From contig NC_090400.1 in assembly GCF_036365525.1 (NCBI RefSeq), positions 47,389,138 through 47,453,137 on the forward strand: DNA of 64,000 nucleotides. Reading direction: 5' to 3'. The translations under genes were made by a program, and so were the position numbers. The DNA is from Heterodontus francisci. Its lineage: Eukaryota. The notes beneath the pieces are model-generated. The model did not search any database. It had not been told where the DNA came from and saw only the letters and a program-made list of their open reading frames with translations. Positions 21,620 to 34,800 of this stretch are shown one piece after another; position 1 is the first letter of the stretch; every line of letters starts with the position of its first letter.

Positions 21620-24600
21620 TAAAAATTCATTTCATGGGATGTGAACATTGCCGGCAGGGTTAGCATTTGTTGCCCATCCCTAATTGCCCTTGAGAAGGTG
21701 GTGGTGAGCTGCCTTCTTGAACCGCTGCAGTCCATGCGGGGTAGGTACACCCACAGTGCTGTTAGGAAGGGAGTTGCAGGATTTTGACCCAGCGACAGTG
21801 AACGAACGGCGATATAGTTCCAAGTCAGGATGATGTGTGGCTTGGAGGCGAACTTGCATGTGGTGGTGTTCCCATGCGTCAGCTGCCCTTGACCTTCTAA
21901 GTGGTAGAGATCGTAGGTTTGGAAGGTGTTGTTGAAGGAGCCTTGGTGAGTTGCTGCAGTGCATTTTGTATATGGTACACACTGCTGCCACTGTGCATCG
22001 ATGGTGGAGGGAGTGAATATTTGTGGATGGGGTGCCAATCAAGCGGGCTGCTTTGTCCTGGATGGTGTTGAGCTTCTTGAGTGTTGTTGGAGCTGCACCC
22101 ATCCAGGCAAGTGGAGAGTATTCCATCACACTCCTGACCTATAGTCATTTACGGTATAGTATTTATATGCCTGATCCAGTTCAGTTTCTGGTGAATGGAA
22201 ACCCCCAAGATGTTGATAGTGGGGGATTCAGTGATGATAATGCCATTGAATGTCAAGGGGAGATGATTAGATTCTCTCTTGTTGGAGATAGTCATTGCCT
22301 AGTACTTGCATGTCGTGAATGTAACTTGCCATTTATTGATCCAAGCCTGAATATTGTCCAGGTCTGCTGTATGTGGACCTGGGCTGCTTTGCTACCTGAG
22401 AAGTTGCGAATGGTATTAAGCACTGTGCAATCATCAGCGAACATTCCCACTTCTGACCTTGGAGAGAAGGTTGGTTGGACCTAGGACACCACCCTGAGGA
22501 ACTCTTGCAGTGATGTCCTGGGGCTTAGATGTATGGCTTCCAACAACCACAACCATTTTCCTTTGTACTAGGTATGACTCCAACCAGTGGAGAGTTTTCC
22601 CCCTGACCCCCATTGACTTCAATTTTGCCAGGGCTACTTGATGCCACACTTGGTCAAATGCTGCTTTGATGTCAAGGGCAGTCACTCTCACCTCCTCTGC
22701 TCTTGAATTCATGTTTAGACCAAGGCTGTAATGAGGTCTGGAGTCAAGTGGCCCTGGCGGAACCAAATCTGAGCATTAGTGAGTATGTTATTATTGTGTA
22801 AGTGCCGCTTGATAGCACTGTTGACAACACCTTCCATCACTTTTCTGATGATCGTGAGTAAACTTTTGGGACGGTAATTGGCTGGTTTGGATTTGTCCTT
22901 CTCTTTGTAGACATGACATACCTGGGCAATTTTCCACATTGTGGGGTAGCTGCTAGTGTTGTAGCTGTACAGGAACAGCTTGGCTAGGGGCGCAGCTAGT
23001 TCTGGAGCACAAGTCTTCAGTAATACTGCTGGGATGTTGTCAGAGCCCATAGCCTTTGCTGTATCCAATGCTTTCAGCCATTTCTTGAGTGAATTGAATT
23101 GGCTGAAGACTGGCATCTGTGATGCTGGGATCTCAAGAGGAGGCCGAGATGGATCATCCACTTGGCACTTCTGGCTGCAGGTGGTTGAATTGCTTCAGCC
23201 TTATCTTTTGCACTGATAGACTGGGCTCCCTATTATTGAGGATGGGGATGTTTGTGGAGCCTCCTCCTCCTGTTACTTGTTTAATTGTCCACCACCATTC
23301 ATGACTGGATGTGGCAGGACTGCAGAGCTTTGATCTGATCCATTGGTTGTGGGATCGCTTAGGTCTGTCTATTGCATGCTGCTTCCGCTGTTTGACATGC
23401 AATTAGTCCCGTGTTGTAGCTTCACCAGGCTGACACCTCATTTTTAGGTATGCCTGGTGCTGCTCCTGGCATGCTGTCCTGCACTCCTCATTGAACCAGG
23501 GTTGATCCCCTGGCTTGATGGTAATGATTGAGTAAGGGATTTGCCAGGCAATGAGGTTATAGATTGTGGTTGAATACAATTCTGCTGCTGCTGATGGTCC
23601 ACAGTGCCTCATGGATGCCAAGTTTTGAGCTGCTGGATCTGTTTTGAATCTATCCCATTTAGCACGGTGGTAGTGCCACACAACACGATGGACGGTATCC
23701 TCAGCGTGAAGTTGACTCTTAGTTTTCGCAAGGACTGTGTAGTGGTCACTCCTATCAATACTGTCATGGACAGATGCAACTGCAACAGGTAGCTTGGTGA
23801 GGGCAAGGTCAAGCAGGTTTTTACCTATTGTTGGTTTGCTCACCACCTGCTGCAGGGCCAGTCTGGCAGATCTGTCCTTTAGGACTCAGCCAGCTCGATC
23901 AGTAGTGGTGCTACAGAGCTACTCTTGGTGATGGACATTGAAGTCCCCCACCTGGAGTGTATTCTGAACCCTTGCTACCCTCAGTGCCTCCTCCAAGTGG
24001 TGTTCACCATGGACATGGAGGAGAACATTCATCAGCTGAGGAAGGGTGGTAGGTGGTAATCAGCAGGATGTTTCCTCGCCCATGTTTGACCTGATGCCAG
24101 GAGACCTCATGGTGTCCGGAGTCAATATTGTGGTCTCCCAGGGCAACTCCCTCCCGACTGTACACCACTGTGCTGCCACCGCTGGTGGGTATTCCTGTCC
24201 CACTGGCAGGGCTGGTGATAGTGATGTCTGGGTCATTGGCTGTAAGGTGTGACTTGGTGAGTATGTGTGTCAGACTGTTGTTTGACTAGTCTGTGGGACA
24301 GCTCTCCCAATTTTGGCACAAGTCCCAAGATGTTTGTGAGGAGGACTTTTCAGGGTCAGTAGGGGAGGGTGTGCTGTTTGCGGTGCCTAGGTCAATGTCG
24401 GGTGATCTGTCCAATCTTTTTTGTTCTTGGACTTTTCTGTAGCGGTTTGGTACAACTGAGTGGCTTGCTGGGCTATTTCAGAAGGCAGTTAAGAGTCAAC
24501 CACATTGCTGTGGGTCTGGAGTCACGTAGGCCAGGCCGGGTAAGGATGGCAGATTTCCTTCCCTAAAGGACATTAGTGAACCCGATGGTTTTTTTTTTTA

Positions 24601-24784
24601 AACGACAATCCGGTAGTTTCATGGTCATCATTACTGAGACTAGCTTTTAATTCTAGATTTATTAATTAGTTGAATTTAAGTTCCACCAGCTACCGTAGTG
24701 GGATTTGAGCTCATATTCCCTGGGGCATTAGTTGGGGCCTCTGAATTACTAATCCAGTAACATTGCCACTCTGCCATCGTCCCC
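21620..24784 (-). mobile_element. Degenerate near-full-length non-LTR retrotransposon (CR1/L2 group, APE+RT) with tRNA-derived SINE-like 5' head
   Basis: Frameshifted APE (GKNLLDL..SDH), RT (ANYRP, LDIKAAFD.VWH, VPQG.VLGP) and C-terminal (MEYSPLAWMG) pieces; A box TGGCAGAGTGG and B-box-like GAGCTCAAATCC on the minus strand at 24690-24784. Confidence 0.85.
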
Positions 24785-26114
24785 ATTACTGTTCCATTAC
24801 TTGTTCTGTAGTGCTTCTACATGTATGAGGAAGGTCGGGTATGGGTCATCTACTTTATTTTCCCTCTGTCCCTTGGATGAACTGCATGGATTATGCCGCC
24901 TGTCCCATTGACCACAATGCACCCAAGAACAGGAAATTGCCATGTGGGGGAATGATGAACCTCAAGCTCATTGTGATCCCAGAACATTGATGCATGTTCT
25001 TCCTCATTAGGCAGTGTAATACCGTCGTCTGCCCCCTGCCACCTCCCATTATATTGCGTCCACCCAGATGTGTTTGGGGAGGGGCCTGTGGGTTAATCTC
25101 CAAACAACCAAGTGATCGTCCATCTTGTCCTCTGCTCACCAGAAGAAATAAAACAAAGGCTGGATCCATGATCGGAACTCACAGGAAACTTATGGAAGTC
25201 CAATGGATAAGGAAAGTCTGATGTGTATGTCTGTCTCCTCCTGTCCCAAGCAAAAAATTTCAATGAATGATATTTTTGGTTAAAATAAATTTTTTTTAAA
25301 CTCTGAATTTGACAGAAATGCTGTGGGTGTTTACCTTTTCATCTGGTGACTGGGGTTTGGAGAACACTTTTCTTCCCAGCAGCTGCAATTATCTCTTGGC
25401 GAATGTCAGCAACAGTGGAAATGCTGGTGTCCTATTCTCCCGCCTGGTTAGTTAATCCCCCCAGCTTTCCCAAACCTGCTGATCTCTTTGTCTTTTTGAA
25501 ATGTTCAAATCAAGGTGCGTTACTGGCCCCTGGGAATTATGTCAGTCAGTTGTTTGCTGGAGTGCTTTGCTTCTTAAAGGGGCACCATTGGCAGGTAGAG
25601 TGGGGTACATAAACTAAAGTATTTGGTAACGCCATCCCACTACCCATTGCTAATATTTGAATACTTCTTTAGTGAAATGTAATATTACAATTGGGTGCAA
25701 CAAAAAAAAAGCCCCTCACGTTGCAGCCTTTGAAATCTGGAGGTGAAGTCTGAGAGACCTTGTAACCGCTGGAGAGGAATTGCATCCAACCAGCACATAG
25801 TGGGAAAAGTGCAGGGACGTGAACATCATAGGGCAGAAAGTGGGCCCTGTTAATTTTATATTAATTGTGTCTTAAATTGTATGGAGGTAGTGGACATTAA
25901 CTGGGGTTTCAGTTAAGCTGCTATTAATAGAAACAGACTGAAACTATTGTTGGGTTGGGAGGTGCATATTGGTAATGTGTATCTCTAAATAAAAGCTTAT
26001 AAGTATGTAAAGATAGGCTCCAGTTCTATCCTTCACTGCCTGGCTTTCTGGAATAAAAGAGGCCCCAGCAATTGCAAAAATGCATGGGTTGCATTTGAGG
26101 CCCAGTTGATCAGA

Positions 26115-28725
26115 AGATCATAAGAAATAGGAGCAGGAATAGTACATTTGGCCCTTTGAGCTGCTCTGCCACTCAATAAGATCATGGCGGATCTGATTGT
26201 GGCCTTAACTTACTTTCCTGCCGGCCCCCCCGTAACCCTTGACTCACTTGTCGATTAAAAATCTGTTTAACTCAGCCTTGAATGACCTAGCCCATGCTCT
26301 CTGGGGAAGGGAATTCCAAAGATTAATGACCCTCTGAGAGAAGAAATTCCTCTTCATCTTAAATGGGAGACCCCCTATTTTTAAATTGTACCCCCTAATT
26401 CTAGATACCCCCACAAGGGGAAGCATTCTCTCGGAATCTATCCTATCAATGCGCCTCAGAATCTTTTATGTTTCAATAGGATCATCTCATTCTTATAAAC
26501 TCCAATGAGTATAGGCCTAACCTGCTCAACCTTTCCTCATGAGGCAACCTCTTCATTTCAGGAATCAGCCTAATGAACCTTCTCTGAACGGCTTCCAATG
26601 GAAGTTTATCCCTCCTTGACTAAGGAGACCAAAACTGTACACAGTGCTCTAGGTGCAGTCTCACCAATGCCCTGTACAGTTGCAGCAAGGCTTTCCTATT
26701 TTTATACTCCATCCTTCTTGCAATAAATGCTAACATCCAATTGCCTTCCTAATTACTTGCTGTACCTGAATACTAATATTTTGTGATTCATGTATGAGGA
26801 CACCCAGATCCCTCTGTACCGCAACATTCTGCAGTCTCTCTCCATTTAAATAACCTGCTTTTTTATCCTTCCTGCCAAAGTGGACAACTTCACATTTTCC
26901 TATCTGCCAAATTTTTTTCCCACTCACTTATCCCTTTGCAGACTCTTTGTGTCCACCTTGCAATTTGATTTCCCACTTATCTTTATATCGTCAGCAAATT
27001 TGGCTACAATACACTTGACCCTTCATCCAAGTCATTAAATGGTTGAAGACCCAGCACTGATCCCTCTGGCACTCCACTAGTTACAGTTTGCCAAGCTGAA
27101 AATGCTCCATTTATCCCGACTCTCTGTTTCCTGTTAGTTAGCCAATCCTCTATCCATGCTAATATATTACACCCAACACTATGAGGTCTTGTCTTGTCAG
27201 AGTCTTACCTTTTATGTGGCAACTTATCGAATGTTTTTTGGAAATCCAAATACACTACATCTACTGGTTCCCCTTTATCCACTCTGCTTGTTACATTCTC
27301 AAAAAACTCTAATAAATTTGTCAAACATGATTTCCCTGTCATAAAACCAAGTTGACTCGGCCTGATTTTATGATGATTTTCTAAATATCCTGCTACTACT
27401 TCCTTCATAATGGATTCTAGCATTTTCCTAATGATAGATGTTAGGCTAACTGGCCTGTAGTTTCCTGCTTTCTGTCTCCCTCCTTTCTTGAATAGAGGAG
27501 TTACATTTGCAGCTATCTCTGCAGCCACTTCTTTTAAGAACCTAGGATGCAGTCCATCAGGTCCAGGGAACTTATCAGCCTTTAGTTCCCTTAGTTTTCC
27601 TAGTTCTTTTTCTCTAGTGATAGTGATTGTTTTAAGTTCCACCCTCTCTTTTGCTTCTGGATTTTCTACTATTCTTGGGATGCTTTTTGTGTCTTCTACT
27701 GTCAAGACAGATACAAAATACTTGTTCAAAGGCTCTGCCATTTCCTCGTTTCTCATTATTAGTTCCCCAGTCTCATCCTCTAAGGGACCAACACTTACTT
27801 TAGCTACTCTTTTTTTTTTAATGTACTTGTAGTAGCTTTTACTGTCTGTTTTTATATTTCTTACTAGTTTACTCTCATACTTTAATTTCTCCCTTTTTAG
27901 CCATGCTTTGCTGGTGTATAAAGTTTCCCAAACTTCTGGCCTACCACTAAACTTTGCAGCATTGTATGCCTTTTCTTTGGTTTTAATACCATCCTTAACT
28001 TCCTTAGTTAGCCATGGATGGTGCATTCTTCTCATAGCGTCTTTCTTTCTCCATGGAATATATCTTTGTTGAGAGTTATGAGATGTCTCCTTAAATGTCT
28101 GCCACTGCTTCTCTACCGTCTTACCTTTTAATCTATTTTCCAAGTCTGCTTTAGCCAACTCTGTCCTCCTATCTTTGTAATTGTCTTTATTTAAGTTTAA
28201 GACACTAGCTTCAGATACCAATTTCTCACCCTCAAACTGAATGTGAAATTTATCATGTTATGATCACTCTTGCCTAGAGGATCTTTTACTATGAGGTCAT
28301 TAATTAACCCTGTCTCATTGCACATTACCAGGTCTAAAATAGCCTGTTCCCTGGTTGGTTCCAGAATGTATTGTTCTAAAATATTGTCCCAAATAAACTC
28401 TATGAACTCAGCCTCCAGGCTATCTTTGCCAATTTGATTTGTCCATTCGATATGAAGATTAAAATTGCCCACGATTATTGCAGTACATTTCTTACAAGCC
28501 CCCATTATTTCTGTCCTACTGTTAGGGGGCCTATAAACTACTTCCATCAATGACTTCTTTCCTTTGCTATTTCTTAACTCCACCCAAACTGATTCTACAT
28601 CTTGATCTTCCGAGTCACCATCATTTTTCTCCATTGTACTGATCTCAGCCTTTATTGACAGAGTTACTCCACCTCCTTTTCCTGTCTCCCTAATCTTCTG
28701 AAATGTCAAATACCCTTGAATATTC
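26115..28725 (-). mobile_element. CR1 LINE, degenerate ORF2 (APE+RT)
   Basis: ORFs 28197-28709 (VVYRPPNS, ILDLVMCN, SDHN) and 27205-28221 (PGPDGLHPR, NYRPVSLTS, YLDFQK); same family as 58417-60825. Confidence 0.92.
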
Positions 28726-29256
28726 AGTTCCTAGCTATTTCGACACCTTTCAGAGGGCGCAGGGTGGGATTTCTGGCCAGGCATGCTGGAGGGCCCATGA
28801 TCAGGTAGGAAATTGGCATGCAACCCAGGCCCTGACTGATTTTCCTTCCATTTGTTTCAATGGAAGGATAATCTAGTGGGATCTGTTCCGGGTGTGTGAT
28901 CCTCTTTGCCTGATCTTTTTCCGGTCTGTGCGCCTCCCAGATGGGTACTTTACGCACAAGTGATACAGACATTAATCAATCCTAAGGTCTCACAAAATTT
29001 ATCCTGTGGAATCTGCTGCAGTCTGAACTTTCCCAGACAGATATGCCTCCCAACCTCGGTGCTGAAAGGGTACAATTTTGTTGGTGTTTAGGGTATTTTG
29101 GGATTTTTTGTAAAGGTGATTTTTCTGACTCAGTCTTACATGCTACTGCTGTTGCGTTTCCCAGTGCTCCTGATTACTGTTTGGATGTCCTGAAAGCTGT
29201 GCTTTCAGACTAAGTGTAGTCCTACAACCACATTTTTGGAACAGTCTGCATCTAGC

Positions 29257-29522
29257 TGTGGTTGCCAACCCTCCAGGATTGTCCTGGAGTCTCCAACAAT
29301 TAAAGATTAATCTCCTGGGCACTGCTTCAGGTGCATCGGGAGAAAAACCACAGAAGCATTAAAAATAAAAGGTGGGGTTCTTTGAACACTTTTTTTCTTT
29401 GTTAAAACATTAATGGAACTAGGGAAGAAAAAGGCAGTTTGACCAGGTGGGACAGTTGGAGGTGGGAGGCTCACGTGATTTAAAACCTCCAGGAATACGT
29501 CCAAGCGGCGTTGGCAACCCGA
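29257..29522. mobile_element. hAT-type MITE
   Basis: Terminal inverted repeat GGTTGCCAAC / GTTGGCAACC; diverged second copy at 57323-57588. Confidence 0.6.
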
Positions 29523-30629
29523 GTTCCAGGTCTGAACTGCACCCCCATAGCGAATTTAGGTCTCACGCCATTGTGAAAGCAGTGATTTGAAGAGAAAGGA
29601 CCTTCATCACCTTTTCAGGGCAACTAGAATGGGCAGTAAATGTAGCCTTGCCGGGATCACCCACATTGCGAGAAGGGAAATAAATACCAGGAAGATGCCT
29701 TGTTAAAAACATTTACTACCTCAACCCCTCAATGTTTGCTCACCACTTCCTCCGACTGTTTTGGCTATGGAGTTCCCACTTTCTATTGGCTTGTTGATTG
29801 GACATGCTGTGTTTTGAATCTGCCAAGACTCCTAAGCTCTAGTTGACTTTTATCTTTAGCTGTTTTGACACCTTTCATAGGCTAAGTGTGTTGCTTATTT
29901 TTCCTTGCTCTGTGTCATACTCTGTGCTTTTCTGCATTAAATTTCACCGCCCATTGGTCTATTTACATATTTTGTCCAACCCATTTTACCATTTCTGAGC
30001 TGCCTGCTGAGATTCCATTGGCCCTCCTAGTTTGGAATCACCTAACCACTTGGTACCAAGGCTGAGGTCACTGATGACAGCTGTTTAACTGTACAGTGGT
30101 TCTACTTTGAATCTGTCTCAGAGGTAGCAGGACAGGAATTCAGCTACAATACAGCCTGATACCACCAGGGGGTAGGCTTAGCACACATGTTGCTTTCCCC
30201 ATTCTTTTAATGCAGTTGCAATCACATTTGGAAAATATATACTGCACCTTCTTACTGTTCTGCCATCACCAATGGTAAACTTTTTATGTTCTTAATTGAG
30301 ATATTGTCCACTGCTCATTATGACACCATTGCAGCTCTTTGCAAAGGGAAGGTCCATGTAACAGAGCTGTATACATTCTCTGGAATGGATTGAATGAAAA
30401 CTTTTTTTTTATTGAGTTTGTCAGTGTCAGAGGCTGTGTGCAGCCTTATTATTCTGTACATATTGGTTTTCACTGGAATAAATGCACTGGTTTTTTGACA
30501 CCTCAGATTTAGCAATGGTACAAAGAAAATGCAAATAGCAGTCAGAACAATTGGGTTTCTAATCATTTAATTCTTAACAAACAAGTGTTGATCATTTTTT
30601 AAAGTGCTCTTGTTGCTAACCTTACACTG

Positions 30630-30985
30630 CTGCCACTGCAGTGTAGTACTGATGGAGTGCTGCACTGTTGAAGGTGCCATTTTAAATTGAGGGCCTGCCT
30701 ATCTTCCCTCTCAGGTGGAGGTGAAAGATTCTATGGCACTATTTGAAGAAGAGCAGGTGAGTTCTCCCCGGTGTCCCGGTCAACGTTTAACCCCTCAACC
30801 AACATCATGAAAACAGATTAATTGTTTTTCTCACCTTTGTGGGACCTTACTATGTGCAAATTGGCTGTCGCCAATTATAATAGTGACTACGCTTCCCCCA
30901 AAAAAGTGGATAATTGGCTGTAAAACGCTTTGGGATGCCCTGAGCTTGTGAAAGGTGCTATATAAATGCAAGTTCTTTCTTTATT
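30630..30985 (+). mobile_element. Deu-domain SINE copy
   Basis: Match to 6273-6716; tail ggtgctatataaatgcaagttctttcttt. Confidence 0.7.
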
Positions 30986-31396
30986 CAGAGGGACCACGGG
31001 AGAAGCTGATGTGGGAAATGGAAAAATGCCATGCTGGCACACTAGGGGGCCAGCTTCTGAGGTGGGAGCTGAATTTTGGGGCCAAGTAGAGGAAACGTGA
31101 CTTTGTTCCTCCCCGAATTGTGGGTTCTTGGTGCTGATACTGGTGGCCTGAAATGGAAAGTGTTCCATTCCCCAGCCCTAACATGCTGCACCCTGAGTAG
31201 CATAAAGAAATGGCTAAAAATAATCTGTTACAAAGAATTAATATTTGCTTTTATTTCTTTTTTTTTTAATGTTCACATCCTTGTACTGATGTTGCTGTTG
31301 GGTGAATCTATTCTGATGTTGAAATTGGTTCACCCCTGGGTTAATACTGACACTGAACTAGCTCCTTCACACCCTCAAGGTCCCAGTAACCCTCAT

Positions 31397-34300
31397 AATA
31401 AAGCAAGATACTGTGGATGATGGAAATCTGAAATTAAAGCAAAATGCTGTAAATACTCAGCAAGTCAGGCGGCATCTGTGAAAACAGAAGCAGAGTTAAT
31501 GTTTCAGGTCAATGATCTTTCACTAGAGGTGGGAAAGTTAGAAATGTAATGGGTCTTAAGATGATGGTTGGCGGGAAAAGAACAACAGGGGACGTCTGTG
31601 ATAGGGTGGAAGACGGGAGAAATTAAATAACAAAAGAGCTGGCGGTGCAGAGCCAAAGGGAGTGGTAATGGTACAAGTAAATAGACAAAAGATGTGTCCA
31701 GAGGAGGTGTGAATGGCAGAATAATGAACAGTTGCCCTCCAAAAGCAAAACGAAGAGAAAAACAAGATTAAGATCAACACGTGCAAAGAAAAGGAAACAA
31801 AATGGAGACAGAGATTACAGTCTGAAATTGCTGAACTCAATGTTGAGTCATGAAGCTGTAAAGTGCCTAATCGAAAGACGAAGTGCTGTTTCTTGAGCTG
31901 GATGGGAACACTGTGGTAGGCTGAGGACAGAGAAGTCAACATGAGAGCATGGTGGAGAGTTAAAATGACAGGCCACCGGAATCTCAGGGTCATGCTTGCA
32001 GATTAAACCGTGGTGTTTTAGCAAAGTATGTTTGGTCTCTCCAGTGTAGAGCAGACTGCGTTGTGAGCAGCGAACACAGTGTATTAAATTGAAAGAAGTA
32101 CACGTAAATCACTGTTTCACCTGGAAGGAGTGTTTGGGGCCTTGGACAGTGAGGAGTGAGGAGGTAAAAGGGAAGGTGTTACACCTTCTGCGATTGCATG
32201 GAAAATTGCCATGAGAAGAGGACAGGGTGTTGGGGTGATTGAGCAGTGGACTGAGATTTTGCAGCGGGAACTGTCCTTTCGGAATGCTGACAGGGGAGGG
32301 GAAGATGTATTTGGTGGTGACGTCATGTCGGAGGTGGCGGAAATGGCGGAAGATGATCATCGAATACGGAAGCAGGTGGGGTGGAAGGTGAGGACAAGGT
32401 GAACCTTATTCTGGCTCTGGGAGGAAGGGATGAGAGAAAAAATGTGGGAAGTAGGTCGGACACGGTTGAGGGCCCTGCAAACCACGGTGGTGGGGGAGTC
32501 CTCGGTTGAGGGAAAAAGAAGACATAGCAGAAACACTGTTGTGGAAGATTGCATCATCAGAACAGATGTGGGAGGAAGAATGAAATGGAGTGATTACAGG
32601 AAGCAGCCTGTGAGGAAGTGTAGTCAATGTAGCTGTGGGAGTCAGTGGGCTTCTAATGAATAATTGTTGATAGCCTAGTTCCAGAAATGGAGACAGAGAA
32701 GTCGAGGAAAGGAAGGGAAGAGTGGGAAATGGACCATGTGAAGGTGAGAGAAGGGTGGAAATTGGAAGCAAATTTGATGTTCAAGTGCAGGGCGAGATAA
32801 GGAAATGGCACCAATACAGTCATTGATGTACCAGAAAAAGTGAGGGAGGGGCCTGAGTAGGACTGGAACAAGAAATAGTTCACATATCCCACAAAAAGGC
32901 AGACATAGCTAGGTCCCATGCGGACACCTTTCATTTGGCGGAAGTGAGTGGAGCTGAAGGAGAAGTTGTTCAATGTGAGAATAAGTTCAGCCAGGCAGAG
33001 GAGGGTGGTGGTGGATGGGGACTGGTTGGGTCTTTGTTCTAGGAAGAAGCGGAGAGCCCTCAAACTGTTCTGGTGCGGGATGGAGGTGTAGAGAGATTGG
33101 ACGTTCATGGTGAAGAGGAGATGGTTAGGGCCAGGAAGTGGTTCACTGTTAAACAGAAGCATCTCAAATGTAGGTAGGGAGAGACTGGACAAGGGGAGAA
33201 AAAAAGAGTCAAGACAGGAAGAAATCAGTTGAGTGGGGCAGGAACAGGCTGAAATGATGGGTTTACCAGGGCAGTCCTGTTTGTGGATCTTGGTAAGGAG
33301 GTAGAAGCGGGCTGTCTGGGGTTGTGGGACTGAGGTTAGAAGCTGTAGAGGGAAGATCTCCAGAGGAGATGAGGTCAGTGACAGTCCTGGAGACAGTGGC
33401 TTGATGTTTGGTGGTGGGGTCATGGTCCGGGGGAGGTAGGAGGAAGTGTCAGAGACTTGGTGTGTGGCCTCGACGAGGTAAAGGTCAGTTCACCAGACCA
33501 CAACAGCATCACCATTGTCAGCAGGTTTGATTATGATGTTTGGGTTAGACCTGAGAAAACAGAGTGCAGCAAGTTCAGAGGGAGACAGGTAAGAGTGAGT
33601 GAGGGGAGCAGAGAAATTGAAACAACCAATGCCACACTGGCAGTTCTTGATGAAAAGATCAAGGGAGGGTAAGAGGCCAAAGGGAGGGGTGCATGTGGAG
33701 GGGGAATACTGGAGATGGGAGTGCAGGGGAAGGACTCCTGGCCAAAGAAGTAGGCGCAGAGGCAAAGGTGCCGGAAGAAGAGCTCGTCGTTATTCTGAGC
33801 TTGAAATTCATTGAGGTGGGGCAGTGAGGGGATAAAACTGAGGCCTTTGCGAAGGACAGATCATTCAAGGTCAGGGAGGGGAAGGTCAGAGGCTATCATG
33901 AATACATAACAAGAGGTGAGATTAGAAGAAGGGATGGGGTCAGAGGGAAGTGAAGGGGAAGAAAGATCTGGAGGGATGTTGATACCCATGAATGTTGGAG
34001 CTTGCAATCCTTAACACCTGAAAGAAAGAAATAGTTTTTTTTGTTAAGGCACCGAATGAGATGTAGGATGAAATGAAACTGTAGAGCAGGATAGCTTTGA
34101 GAGAGAGTGAGTCAGTGCTGCTAAGAGAGAGGTCGCGAGTGTGCATGTGGCGGCGCATGGTACTGAGCGTGGATCTCGGGATGCAGCAAGAGCAGCATTT
34201 TGAGGAATTCTGAATGTCTGGGAGATATCTGTAATCGTGGGTGGATTCGAAACATGAAGGGTGGCATTTTAGTTGGAATCTACGTGGAATAAGTCGGAGC

Positions 34301-34481
34301 TGGAGACAGTTGTTGGGGAAGGATTTGTAGCTGTGAAAGTGAGTTTTGATGGATACCTGATCAAGCACGAGAAGGGGAATAGAAAGCAATGAAGGTGAAC
34401 AAGGTAAAAGAGATTAACGGAAATCCTATCAGAGAGAACAGCAGAACTTCTTCAAAGTGAGCATTCCTGGAAGAGAAGTGG
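31397..34481 (-). mobile_element. Penelope-like element (RT, probable GIY-YIG region), near full length, degenerate
   Basis: Frameshifted PLE RT motifs IIIKPADNGDAVVVW, FYLLTKIHK..PGKPIIS, FTMNVQSLYTSIPH, NNFSF..QMKGVRMG; Cys-rich linker PCNRRRCNT; EQH-like LKKQHFVFRLGTLQ C-terminus. Confidence 0.85.
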
Positions 34482-34676
34482 TGTGGTGCCACCAACAAAC
34501 AGATCTCCCCTTCAACCTTTACTGACCCGAAGGAGGACAATCACAGCTCCTCCAATCTCGACCCAAAAATCAATGTCTTGCTTCTCTTTTCTGCTGTAAT
34601 GTGTGGTATGAAATACTAAAACTCGCCCTGACTCTCCCACTACCTTTTCAGGCAATTCAGTTACTCAATGCTCTTA

Positions 34677-34800
34677 AAATAAAAGCAAAATACTGCTGGA
34701 AATATGAAATAAAAAACAGAAAGTGCTGGAAATACTCAGCAGGTCTTTGGAGAGAGAATCAGAGTTAACGTTTCAGGTCTGTGACCTTTCATCAGAACTG
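34677..34800 (-). mobile_element. Penelope pLTR copy just upstream of the PLE body
   Basis: Direct repeat of 31397-31530. Confidence 0.75.
34763..34800 (-). ncRNA. Minimal type I hammerhead ribozyme-like motif, apparently intact
   Basis: Minus strand CAGTT CTGATGA A AGGTC ACA GACCT GAAA CGTT AACT: CUGAUGA and GAAA core, 5-bp stem II, palindromic AACGTT stem III, 4-bp stem I. Confidence 0.65.

Noticed and set aside
24690-24784. tRNA gene (also 40594-40670 and 6273-6345)
   Set aside because: A/B boxes are SINE heads followed by SINE cores and LINE tails; no clean cloverleaf
25600-26080. Possible solo LTR (AATAAA followed by a short U5-like tail)
   Set aside because: No clear TG...CA boundaries, TSD or second copy
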